Shown here: piece after piece, positions 25,401 through 34,461 of the stretch
Layout: every line of letters begins with the position of its first letter
Numbering within the stretch: position 1 is the stretch's first letter
Assembly (NCBI GenBank): GCA_001600815.1
Contig: BCKZ01000008.1
Coordinates: forward strand, 1 to 64,000
Reading direction: 5' to 3'
Length of the DNA: 64,000 nt
DNA from: Alloascoidea hylecoeti
Lineage: Eukaryota
Made by a program: the position numbers and the translations under genes
The notes under the pieces: generated by a model
What the model was told of the DNA's origin: nothing
The model's input: only the letters and a program-made list of their open reading frames with translations
The model's database searches: none

Positions 25401-28187
25401 TCGAGATTTATTGATTTGAAAGTTATTTGTTTCAAGAAGAGCCTTTCGATTATCAGGTAAGTTTAGATTCAAAAGAATACTATTAATCACAAGATGTATA
25501 TCCAAGTTTTGTGAACCTGATTTGGATGGTGCAGATGGCGTGGAAGGTGATAAAGCACATTCTTCATCGGGTATCACTACCGAACGAATAACATGAGCCA
25601 CAAAAACCATCAGATAATGTAAATTAATAGAGTATGTAGCACTTACTTCCTTAACAAAAAGTGATACGCGGGACCTATCAAAGATAAGATCAAACAAAGC
25701 AACACTTACAGGGATATTTAAAAATGTCGCATCATTATCTGACTCCTCTTGAACTGTATAGCCTTTGAGCCCATTTATAAAAACATACCCTCTGTTTTGT
25801 TCATTAAATTTAGACTCAAGGAATTCAGCAGAGTTCACTTTCTGAGATAGGATTTCTCGCAAATCTTCTATTTCCGGGTTATGTGCCGAGGGATTGATAT
25901 ACCAAAAATTCCAATCCTCGAGTGCCAATTTTATTCCCCTGGGTATCAGCCCAATATCTACACCCTCATGATTGATGTACTCAAAAACGCTTTCTCCCCC
26001 AACCGTCAAAGACACGTTACCCCCGTTAATGCAAACAGCAGATAACCAAGGTGGTATATATATTGTATTTGCCTTCTTTGATTGCTTTTCTTTGTCACTA
26101 CTAGACGAGATTTTAGGAGCATTTACTTGACTAACTGATTTTCGTTTCATTCTATTGCTTCTTCCAAGACTGATATCATTAGATAATTTATGAAGGCCTC
26201 GTAATAAATCTTTCTGAATAATGTTACAGTATAAAGAATTAACATCACCAGTGATCACCACATGAGCAACTGCTTCTTTTGTTAGTCTGGTGTTGACATT
26301 AAATGAGACCCAATTGCCGCCATATATGGGATGAGTCCTACCATCTGATGTTCTATATGAAATCTCATTGTTTTTCATTTCTAACGATGCTTTCAAGGTA
26401 TAGGTTAGGGAGTGATCTAGATTAATATCTTCTAGCTGTTTGGCAGTAATTTTACAGTTGAAGTACCCACAATGCGTAATTACCATTTCTTGTCCATTAC
26501 CATTTTCAATTAGAATTCTTGCTCCGGGATCATCAACCAAAAAGTTCATTTCAAGCCCCGGGAGATAATTTATAAACGATTTTATTTTTTGGTTGATTAA
26601 TTGCTTTAGACTTGATTTTGATTGATTCTTATCTGCATCTTCATTAACTACATCTTCATTAACTACATCTTCAACAATACCATCCTCATAGTCGATTGGA
26701 GGGTTGGTTAAGTAGGCAATAAATAAAGAGACATGATGTGATGAAATATCAACTGATGGAGAGGTCACATGAAGCGACATTCGCATAGTACTTGAAATAT
26801 GAGTTGGAGGCTCTTCACCTCTTAGAAGCTCTGAAAATGCTTGCAGTAATTCATAAAACAAATTTGTCTTTCCGGCAAAATTTATCATGGGGATATACAC
26901 AATTTCCGTCATGTTTTCTTCTCTTGTACCAAATCCAATTCTGAACGAAGTAATATTAAGTAAAGACTGATGAGCTTTAGTGTTAGAGGGGAAATGTATT
27001 TTGAAAGCTGGACTATGTGTATTCAATTTTCTTGCACCGTATGTCAAATCTGTTAAATTTATTGAGAAATAATATTTAATAGATCTAAGATACGTATCGA
27101 TTGGAGCGCTTGATCGATAGTGTAACAACGACGGTGGAATTCTAGATATTGATAATGATTGAATTTTGAAATCAGTCTCTTTAGTAACTTTAGAAAAGAA
27201 ATTTAAAAGTAAAATATTATATTTGTTATCATCGTGGTTACTTGTTTCTGCTTGAGATTCAACTTTGTGTATTTTGCGATTTTTTTTCCTATATTCCTGG
27301 AAGGTACTTAACAAAGCTAATAATGAATCTACTTTAATAGAAACTCGGCCAACTCTTGTATTGAAAGACAGGTTATGTAGTGAGATATCATTGATGGATA
27401 TAAACCCCCTTATTTCTATAAGGCATTTATTAATTATTTCCCATTCAGAACTTTCAATTTCGTAAGAAGCTTGATCAAGATAAATTCCTTCAATTAGAGT
27501 AGGGTCTGGTTTAAATATAAAATTGGACATCAACACATCTAAATTAATAGGGATTGTTTTGTCGCTCTCTAAAACATCACCAGCATCATCAAACGTTCCT
27601 AAAATACTATCAGAAGGAAGTTTTTTGCTTCGTAAATCTAATTTGGTTACGAATTCTCCTAGAATTAATTTTCCAAAATCATCCACATCAATTACTGAGT
27701 TATAAATAGACAAGTCAATATATCGAGCTGTTATATTGTATATCATCCTTATGGCAATTTTAAAAAGTTTTGATTCGAAAATTTTCGTTCTTGAAGCTTC
27801 ATTATTATTCTTACTATGATTAATTTTTTCTTCAGCAACTGTCTGGAATCTATAATTATAATAATCAGTAATATTAACCCGAAGTTGAGGTTTCACAATG
27901 TAAACGCTAAACCACCCAGGCCTCGAAACAGTTGGTCGATGAAAAGAAACCCCAATTTTTTGGATTTTTAATTCCAAACCAGGATTTATTGAATATTTGA
28001 TTTGCCACAAACCAATGTAAGTAAGTGAGTAAATGCTAAGTTTTCTGCCAGTAAGAAAGTAAACTAAACGAAGAAACAAGATTTCGAATAGAAAAAACAA
28101 AGATAACTTTTTGAGGACCTGCCATATGTCGATAGATAAGAAATAAAGTAAAAAGGATTGAAGTATTTGTAAATAGCTTTGATTCAT
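19422..28187 (-). CDS. FMP27: Bridge-like lipid transfer protein BLTP2/Hobbit family (Fmp27/Hob1-Hob2 homolog)
   Basis: ORF of about 2920 aa with an N-terminal hydrophobic anchor and the signature motifs LEDDPFEVELGLI, SRSWIIRIR, DKIGFWDKIRL (GFWDK) and MWPPWL (WPPW), plus an Apt1-like C-terminal region (EPIGGIPIMDDF). First ATG is at 28187; the ORF track begins at a non-ATG codon. Confidence 0.95.
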   Translation of the reverse strand: MNQSYLQILQSFLLYFLSIDIWQVLKKLSLFFLFEILFLRLVYFLTGRKLSIYSLTYIGLWQIKYSINPGLELKIQKIGVSFHRPTVSRPGWFSVYIVKPQLRVNITDYYNYRFQTVAEEKINHSKNNNEASRTKIFESKLFKIAIRMIYNITARYIDLSIYNSVIDVDDFGKLILGEFVTKLDLRSKKLPSDSILGTFDDAGDVLESDKTIPINLDVLMSNFIFKPDPTLIEGIYLDQASYEIESSEWEIINKCLIEIRGFISINDISLHNLSFNTRVGRVSIKVDSLLALLSTFQEYRKKNRKIHKVESQAETSNHDDNKYNILLLNFFSKVTKETDFKIQSLSISRIPPSLLHYRSSAPIDTYLRSIKYYFSINLTDLTYGARKLNTHSPAFKIHFPSNTKAHQSLLNITSFRIGFGTREENMTEIVYIPMINFAGKTNLFYELLQAFSELLRGEEPPTHISSTMRMSLHVTSPSVDISSHHVSLFIAYLTNPPIDYEDGIVEDVVNEDVVNEDADKNQSKSSLKQLINQKIKSFINYLPGLEMNFLVDDPGARILIENGNGQEMVITHCGYFNCKITAKQLEDINLDHSLTYTLKASLEMKNNEISYRTSDGRTHPIYGGNWVSFNVNTRLTKEAVAHVVITGDVNSLYCNIIQKDLLRGLHKLSNDISLGRSNRMKRKSVSQVNAPKISSSSDKEKQSKKANTIYIPPWLSAVCINGGNVSLTVGGESVFEYINHEGVDIGLIPRGIKLALEDWNFWYINPSAHNPEIEDLREILSQKVNSAEFLESKFNEQNRGYVFINGLKGYTVQEESDNDATFLNIPVSVALFDLIFDRSRVSLFVKEVSATYSINLHYLMVFVAHVIRSVVIPDEECALSPSTPSAPSKSGSQNLDIHLVINSILLNLNLPDNRKALLETNNFQINKSRHDFNISIKRVWLYVASPTVDNSWCILGTIKMFEFNLENGTENDQKFIIDTNIISITLPHQYVLYELIDSIATTFKVIKFLTLSYKESHFMLPMEPEVEKPKQLPKVQVKTKSFAFCLEDDPFEVELGLIFETGLIEQKLRYEKELLFESKSTATLDAHKRKMPSNHSNESTVDGSLPRPSTDKPELERGNSTCSFSFVKDPYITKRKTFPIHHHHHHHDKHNSNVSSVNSKSEYPVVSINDAKDTIEIARQRLLKNFSRSWIIRIRAARRAYHKAVDEHLNTIFIGSNETTVASLKSQVIATTDYAYLMELHMKNVDFLLDKPKFHMEELADYMYRLGKGIPKDTEYSLLLPMHITWGFDDFNLSIRNFPLPLMHFPDFDENQKEANKEKLPAISFSGHFIIAEQMITGPQSIRRVFVPFVPSSKLADKDSAFAVRVARTLSPVKIFTDMVVDIRSSKPTLITWGVSLQPTISAVMQIFDSFSKPPLDPSDKIGFWDKIRLMLHARFRFNIDKGNLFLSLKGSRSPYELIGEASGFVMCWTNGVTILINEDDNSKELLVIKSKDYLLGIPNHSAIKKTFQTHSDYSTDFLGNNFTEEYFEKIVMKLSGTVKWTMGFLFERSIDGSRDNRGHDFRPHYDIELCNPNAVEDPDYDAYNGFRSDYLHMAISVISPLERTWVGNNKPAKDSYNTIHLTPVSFTHFFAWWSLFFSGTFSLPSRTGPLFQTAETVSQKTPKKFGKHLFSVKYQLLLSPLFISHIYKHSSSEQVSKHDKIAFTGPKAKISNFTVDFHQRRQLVTIKDPVSGSGKKAWQMKMNEGEINVVDADIRMVTAKFNEKSPEALLASQLGNASSDNGSSSNSTSSISHSTGSYPVKPLIGKFKITDNEFNWIDLDDFVEINTSKTNLNGKDPKIEIFPLLHTPRLSYTRNIEQEGGLEHKPFGDEPSHDCLIGLNHPETTQHDLASKRITEIEDQLKTNETMLESLKNDLEKFPNELPIKARIQNVNRENESLHRRMKIVTKIIDNLKTSEQMYVYDQASDDNLHQNTFKDLQVIPKSSIPEDGNLKEPDTEEPRCIIDEGEDEHFLDVGTNLTTTDTKLTLMSSFYEMQEATRSRTDLTFNNQILIHNMVLKWDNKLRNTVYKYAHKISDRKAFVYFMKHEAVSFIQQLMGRQNSSTASDSSEGIDYTLKNSFRSGKSASSFTSSTLNEFDKSEKQVGNMSSGEECLRNFDETLREVYSQSEKPVDSFLIKLISPQIQLISETDEESSLLITSHNMELQIVSVNIDDDSYEFTESSLIETRYGMILRDAHFFVLNKESFLRKDLNMFCSTNYGCSPGTMWPPWLALELCYDSSVLKEALVVEKTSIALRYDKPSPIYIENFKHSSEGNDIDYKCNDVINSRTYHANQMTVDFPKVVITCDSKQYYTLYFIVLDLLMYSDPQHKLKQDQLKRLVLATDFRDLEGTDIKVKSIQSQIRILNDLSNCLYSGMLSLKDQKYRMEIEAEKQRLSLEIFFMLKGIKAGANQISDDELDNLDELKWLIRADQIIWHLLDDERAPLLDIALADSSFRRVEKSGGANANVVEVGMMQWVDLTEGSIYPELLSPYKIENFREGEPIIKVSWSMLEPIGGIPIMDDFDVKLLPLKIQVTKETAKNIIQYLFQDNDKQESASESEDDNSSDDDDDDNDDSEASLVPVVHSSSSRGNISSETDVEEISTTSTESHKRANSISSKGSGSFQESRNHRNLLRYLNEPRKGGSTHSSLQSQQHSLRRTASVFTPNTKYKSTLDKHSDRKTEIKDQEQDDDGDDMTQMMTRASKFLTIIKFEVHSVEVCISFKSHGSMSIANIHELDLLLPTFSYENKTWSTMDMVNALKRDIRKSLLQHAGHIIGHKLKVHRPSIIKVPLKSITNYVSFMSLQDLKASSSGKYTDEKKKRKDSSRRSSINTTPSKSHRNNMITPKFLLNDGANTCTSKTSNSPKSSIFTTNSSSSSKNIK

Positions 28188-29097
28188 TATTGATAATAAT
28201 CCAATCAAAACGATATGCTTAGAATTGAGCCCCTAGAATTTATGAATGATTGTTAGCTATGGTTGCTGTTGTAGCAATACTAGGTTAATATAAATGACAA
28301 TAGATCTGACTTACTTTCCACCAGATTTCTCCTATTTTCAAAAATAAAAAAAAAAGAGTCCTTAGGTATATATGGTCGAAGGTTTAAAATTGAAGAATAT
28401 GTTTATATTCAGTTGCTGATCTGGAAAAATAATTGGCTTCAATGAAACAGATTTTCTGTAGCTATAATCGGGATCAACGGAAAAGTGAGATTACAAGGAT
28501 TTCAAAAACGCGGAAACTCTATTCACGGGTTAAAAGTGTACAAATATTTTTTTCCAAGTTTTAAGACGTTGACGATGATTGCTTTTTGAAATAGGTGGCT
28601 GACGATGATGGTTTGTTAATATATGCTGAATCTGTAGAATAAAAATTTCCTTTCTGGGAAATCAACCGATGACAGAAAGCTCCGATCATGAAATTCATAA
28701 GAATGATAATTTTCATACCTTCGCTGTTATGACCGTTGTTCTGGTACACTAAAACTTATGATTCCGTGAGTTCCGTACTTTCTTTCTGGTGTTTGTATAG
28801 TGACGAGTATTTTTGATAGAAGAAGGTTTCGTCATCGATATCTGTAAAAGCAATCGAAACTTACAGTACGAAAATGTTTGAATAAATCATAAATCATAAA
28901 TCATCTGTGTTTTGTCTTTCTTTTCGAAGAGTTATCACGATGGCGAAACAAAATGGAAAACTACTCCCGAAGATTTATAATTGAAGATAATTTTACATCG
29001 CCTGGTTAGCTTCCAAATAAATCGGGACGGTGAAACATCAGATCAACTAGTTGCAACCTCCTCACTTGAACTTTTCAATTGTATTACACCTTCAAAA

Positions 29098-30135
29098 ATG
29101 CATTCAAGTAGAAATAATGCTGTGAGAGCAACAGATTATGACGCCCTTTCAGCCAAATGTTCGGCTGTCTCGGCTGGGTATATACAAAATGAGCAGGATG
29201 TTGGATTTCTAAGTGTTCTAGTTAAAGACACAATTAAGCTTCTCAGCAAGGCACGCTCGCCACGCCAAAGAGGGATCGCAAAAACAATCACTGCTCCAAA
29301 ACTTCCATTAATAAACAGAGGAAGTTATCTTAGAACAATTGCCATAGACAAGCTTGTTTCTCAGTTCTTGGAGCTCAGTAACCAAGGTGTCTCAACGATT
29401 CAGATTGTATCCTTGGGTGCGGGTTCCGATACAAGGTGCTTCACCACCCTATCAAACCACCCAGATGTCATTTACCATGAGGTCGATTTTCCACAAACGG
29501 TAGAATTTAAGAGTCAAATCATCAATGAGAGTGAGATCTTAAGATCAGTAGTTTATGAAACACCAGATTCGCCTACTTCCTCCTCTGAAATTCACACCTC
29601 TCGTTATCATCTACATGGCCTTGACCTTACAACAGTTTCACATGATACACCAACAAGTACATTTAAGGGTCTTGATACATCTCTTCCTACTATGGTAATA
29701 AGTGAGTGCTGTCTTTGTTATCTTCAACCAGATCAGGCTAATACAATCATCAGTTGGTTCATCACAAATTTCCCTAGGCTGGCCCTAGCAACCTATGACC
29801 CAATGGGTGGTACTGACCAGTTTGGTCAAGTAATGGTTCAGAATCTGGCGACCCGTCATATTTCAATTCCAACATTGATGCAATACCGAAGTCTCACAGA
29901 TCAAATTAAAAGATTAAAGGAATTAGGATTTGAGGTGGTCAGATGTGCGGATATAAACTTTATTGAATCAAATTGGATTTCAAAGGAGGAACAACATAGA
30001 CTTGACAGATTGGAGATTATGGACGAACGAGAAGAATGGGTACTATTGGCTAAGCATTATTCTATCGTTTGGTGTTTTAAGGGATTTGAAAGTGGATTAT
30101 GGACTGAAAATCCTATTCAAGAAGAGATTCAATAG
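29098..30135 (+). CDS. PPM1: Leucine carboxyl methyltransferase 1 (PP2A methyltransferase)
   Basis: Motifs VRATDYDALSAK.SAV..GY, PLINRGSYLRT, QIVSLGAGSDTR, ISECCLCY, DQFGQVMVQNL and LEIMDEREE. Length is about 345 aa with no kelch repeats, so PPM1 rather than PPM2. First ATG is at 29098. Confidence 0.93.
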   Translation: MHSSRNNAVRATDYDALSAKCSAVSAGYIQNEQDVGFLSVLVKDTIKLLSKARSPRQRGIAKTITAPKLPLINRGSYLRTIAIDKLVSQFLELSNQGVSTIQIVSLGAGSDTRCFTTLSNHPDVIYHEVDFPQTVEFKSQIINESEILRSVVYETPDSPTSSSEIHTSRYHLHGLDLTTVSHDTPTSTFKGLDTSLPTMVISECCLCYLQPDQANTIISWFITNFPRLALATYDPMGGTDQFGQVMVQNLATRHISIPTLMQYRSLTDQIKRLKELGFEVVRCADINFIESNWISKEEQHRLDRLEIMDEREEWVLLAKHYSIVWCFKGFESGLWTENPIQEEIQ

Positions 30136-31272
30136 TAATACAACCAAACAAACCTAAAAAAAAGTAAAGTACTAATATGATAGTTATTTTTGAATATTAA
30201 TTATAAGTGGCTATTATCACGCTAAATAAAAACATTATACTTAATATAATACAATTCTTATATCAGATGCAGTCCATTTGTATTATAAAATGGTACGGTC
30301 GTTGCACTTAACTTAGGCCATTATGAATACTAATTATCAACCATTTAAAATTTTGATAAAATAGATCTGAATCGAAATTTGTTTTTGAGTACGAAGACTA
30401 ATTTCTCCTCCTATGGAAAGGACTTTGGAGTTCAACTTTTCTCGAAGGTGAGAAATATTTTAGGGATACTGTATCATATCACTCAGTTGATATCTCGCTA
30501 CGAGCATTGAAATTAAACCTAGTTCTCTAGGAATTCGATTGTTACGATTTGTTTTGTTGTGAGCTCCTTCACATATTTTTGATCTGGTGAGGTCAATTGC
30601 AATATATGCCTTTCATCGCCTATGTAAATTGTAAGTTTTCACTAACAACACTAAAGTGACACTAGTACCATATATACTGTTTGATCCAGATCCGCATCTG
30701 ATATATGTATATTTCTATTTAATCATCAAGATTAATATTGTTCTAATCATGCAATAAGGATCTAATAATTATAATGATATATATATATGCTTCCTCTAAA
30801 ATGGTATCCAATCAAAAGATTTCTCGTCTTATCGGACATTGGTAAAGCAGATAGCATATAGCGATAATAAGCTGCGATATACCACGAATAAATAACTATG
30901 TAATTTCCTCTACAACAACTTGTCCTTGCAGTTGATGTTGGGAAAATTAATTGGTTGATAGGAAGTTTTTTCTCTTTTTGTCGAAAAGTTGCAGATATAA
31001 TTTTAAGCTATGGTGTTAAAAAACTAAATCGTGACGATACCGACACCCTGCAGAAAATCATGGACCCTTATGATACCTTATCTATAAGAATAAGATTCAT
31101 AAGGAACCGCATACGCTATTCACTGCATATAAGACAATGTTTATTTTTAAAAATTAATTCAGATTCCGGATCCGTCTGAAGTTTTATATATGAGGCAGTA
31201 TAAATATAGCTAATTTCGTCTGTCTTTCTTAGTTTCTCACTTCAACTTATTTGAAGGTGCTTCAACTACATA

Positions 31273-32715
31273 ATGGGAGGTTTTGCAGCAGGCGGATTAA
31301 ACTCGGCTGTGCTAATACGGAAGGCACAAATTGAAGAGCGTGGTTTTGATATCACGACTCAAACTAAGGATATGGTTGGGGCAGATATGGCATATGTTTT
31401 ACTTTCAGCCGTCATGATTTTCATCATTACTCCAGGAATTGGGTTGTTTTATGCCGGCAAGGTCAGACGCAAATCTGCTATTCAATTGTTATTTCAATCA
31501 TATATGGTAACTTGTATTGTCACTGTGCAGTGGTATTTAATTGGTTATTCTTTAGCATGTACACAACATAGCTCATCCCCATTAATGGGAACTTTGAGTA
31601 TGGGGGCAATCGGGAATATAGAAGCAGGCCCATTATCAGAAGGAGGAACGGTTGCTTCACTAGCGTATTGGGTATTTTCTTGTTTCTTTCCAGTAGCTAC
31701 GGTCCAAATTTTTGTTGGTGCAATTGCGGAGCGAGGAAAAATTTTACCTTCAATGATTATGGCTTTTGCTTGGACTACCATATGTTACTGTCCATATGCA
31801 TATTGGACCTGGGCCCCCAATGGCTGGCTTTATGATTTCGGAGCATTAGATTTTGCAGGTGGTGGTCCAGTTCATGTTGCAAGTGGTGTTGCGTCTTTGA
31901 CCTATTCATTCTTTTTGGGTAGACGTAAAGAATGGAAAAAGGGAGGGAAAATGCCCCAGTATAAAGGTCATTCTCCTGTAACAACTTTTATTGGGGTTTC
32001 ATTCATTTGGATGACCTGGTTATGCTTTAATTCTGGTACACTTCTTGCTGTTAACGCCCGAACTGCTCTCATTATGACTAATACTCAATTAGCTGCTGCT
32101 TTTGCTTGCTTAACCTTTACAGTCATTGACAAATTGATAACAGGAAGGTGGTCCTTGTATGCTGCCTGTGATGGAGCAATCGCAGGTCTAGTAGCAATTA
32201 CTCCTTCTTGTGGATTTGTCGCACCTTGGGGGGCTGTTTGTAGCGCTATTGTTACGGCAGCTGTATGCAGACTGACTTACGGGTTTAATGAGTGGGTTGG
32301 AATCGATGATACCACATATTCTTTTAACGTCCATGGAATTGGTGGCATTGTCGGAAGTCTTTGTTTGGGAGTGTTGGCACAACCCTCTTATGCCAATATG
32401 GATGGAGTTACCGAGATAAAAGGAGGATGGATAATGCATCACTGGAAACAAATGGGATATCAAATGGCTGCAACATTATCTATTGTGGTTTGGACAGCTG
32501 TATTCACATACATCTTATGCTTTCTAATTAATTTGATTCCTGGTTGTAAACTGAGAGCTACTGAAGAAGAGGAAGAACAAGGAATGGATCTTACTGAAAT
32601 GGCGGAAACTGTCGATGAATATGGTGAATATTTTAACAATACAACTTTCCTCAAGGGTGACGCTGTAGTTTCCTATAATACAGGAGAGAGAAATGATTTA
32701 GATAAAAAAGTTTGA
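31273..32715 (+). CDS. Ammonium transporter, Amt/Mep family
   Basis: Polytopic 480-aa ORF with TPGIGLFYAG, GAIAERG, GALDFAGGGPVH, GLVAITPSCGFV and DD...FNVHGIGG. Both pore His residues are present. Confidence 0.96.
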   Translation: MGGFAAGGLNSAVLIRKAQIEERGFDITTQTKDMVGADMAYVLLSAVMIFIITPGIGLFYAGKVRRKSAIQLLFQSYMVTCIVTVQWYLIGYSLACTQHSSSPLMGTLSMGAIGNIEAGPLSEGGTVASLAYWVFSCFFPVATVQIFVGAIAERGKILPSMIMAFAWTTICYCPYAYWTWAPNGWLYDFGALDFAGGGPVHVASGVASLTYSFFLGRRKEWKKGGKMPQYKGHSPVTTFIGVSFIWMTWLCFNSGTLLAVNARTALIMTNTQLAAAFACLTFTVIDKLITGRWSLYAACDGAIAGLVAITPSCGFVAPWGAVCSAIVTAAVCRLTYGFNEWVGIDDTTYSFNVHGIGGIVGSLCLGVLAQPSYANMDGVTEIKGGWIMHHWKQMGYQMAATLSIVVWTAVFTYILCFLINLIPGCKLRATEEEEEQGMDLTEMAETVDEYGEYFNNTTFLKGDAVVSYNTGERNDLDKKV

Positions 32716-32939
32716 ATTCGACTGGATTGTTAACAACACAGTTTTATTGATTGGAGTTTAATGTTATTTAATATATATGTATATTTTGGGTTCAATGATA
32801 TTTATAATTAAGTATTTATAGCTGGGATAAGTTTATAATGCAAATATTTCTTTATTAGAAGTTAATTTAATGGCAACATTCACAAGATCATCTGGATCAT
32901 AAAGTGTCTCAACAAAACCAAGTGCTTTATATTTTAAGT

Positions 32940-33602
32940 GGTGAATCATATGGTGGACATTATATTCCAAAATTTGCATCGGAACTAGTAAATCATCCAG
33001 AAAGAAATTTCAGTTTAACATCAGTGCTTATAAGTAATGGTTTAACTGATATACTCACACAGATAGCATGGTATGGTCCAATGGCTTGTGGTCAAGGGAG
33101 TTATCCATCTGTTCTTTCACCAGAAATATGCAACAACTATGGTGTACAATATAAGATATGCCATCCGATAATCGAAACATGTTATAAAACTGGATTTACA
33201 CCCATTTGTATTCTAGGAACATTGTGTGATGGAGCTGAAGAATATAGACATACTCCAACTGAACAATGGATTACTAATCATCCTGTAGAAAACGGTTCTG
33301 CTGGAACTGTAAGAAGTGCAAATAATTTGACATTTTTAAGGATCTTTGATGCTGGACATATACCTGAGAATGCATTAGCAATGTTCAACAGCTGGATATT
33401 CAGTGATTAACTAGAATATATACTTTTTTGTGATTGTTTATTAATTTCTCAGATATTTGGATAATGATATCCCCTAATCAATTTTCTGTAGGTTGATATT
33501 TCTGGTGGTGTTCTGGTGTTCTGATACTTCTTGATTTTAGTGTATAAAAATTGGCCCTCCTGTTCTATATTAATCTTTATTATTAACGCTAAGCCATACT
33601 CT
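32940..33602 (+). pseudogene. Truncated, internally deleted duplicate of the carboxypeptidase gene at 36844 (3' half plus 3' flank)
   Basis: Near-identical to 37630-37920 joined to 38263-~38654. It lacks the 5' half, the ATG and signal peptide, and the catalytic Asp segment GDKDYIC. Confidence 0.95.
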
Positions 33603-34164
33603 GACGGATATTATGACTTTAATTTCGCCATACCGTAGAGCGGATGTCGCCACTTTTATTTGGCATATCTATTAGAATGGTTGTTACAGTATTTCGTAAA
33701 ACTGCTTCAATATATTGCGACATGATAGACATGTATTTCGCCTCATTACTCCTTCTTCACCTCCTTTAATTTTCCCTCAACGGGTCATGCTGCTGCCTCA
33801 AGCACTAATGTTTTGATAGTTTCTTATATTTAAGTGATGCGACGACATAACTCACCAGTCCCCTGTTTCCTTAGCTTTCAATCGCATCGGGTCACCTGAG
33901 AGGATGTATACCTAATACGTCTTAGTTCACTCCCAGTATATTTTCTTGTTTTACACATATAATTCTGTCCGTCCACTGGAAACTTCTCCATTACCATGAT
34001 TTAATAAAAAAAAAATGATATGTAGTTATTGTTTCGCTGTTATGCTGATAATTAGTTCGTTGTTTCCTATAACTAATATTTCATCTCCAAATTCTATATT
34101 GCGTCATATGGATGAAATATTAATTAAATTTCGACATTTCCTTTTTGATTATTACGTCATTTGT

Positions 34165-34461
34165 CTATCGAATATTTCGTTTTTTCGTTTTCAAATATTC
34201 GTCATTTCGAAGATAATAGGAGACACTATAAATTAGCCACTTGGTCAGCGACTCAAGATTGGTTTGTTCAATCTTAAGTGTTAGCTGAGAGTTCACATTG
34301 TTAAGGTATCGTTTAGTTTCTAATCTTAATTCAACTATCTTGCTGTCCAAATGTGAAATCATCTGTTGTTCGAGCCTCTCTAACGTTTACTCGAATGTTG
34401 CAACTGTAAGATCAATTGAATTAGTTTTGACTTCTTGGTTTGGATCTTTGTAATCAGTCAT
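34165..34461 (-). pseudogene. Interrupted ORF encoding a coiled-coil-like peptide, family uncertain
   Basis: ATG at 34461 reads MTDYKDPNQEVKTNSIDLTVATFE*TLERLEQQMISHLDSKIVELRLETKRYLNNVNSQLTLKIEQTNLESLTKWLIYSV, with a single TAA at 34389-34387. Confidence 0.3.

Noticed and set aside
19417..27705. Numerous short ORFs overlapping FMP27 (and similar ones over the other genes)
   Set aside because: Antisense or alternate-frame shadows with no motifs, many starting at non-ATG codons.
32904..33410. 168-aa ORF as a functional mini-carboxypeptidase
   Set aside because: Starts at GTG and lacks a signal peptide, the N-terminal half and the catalytic Asp.
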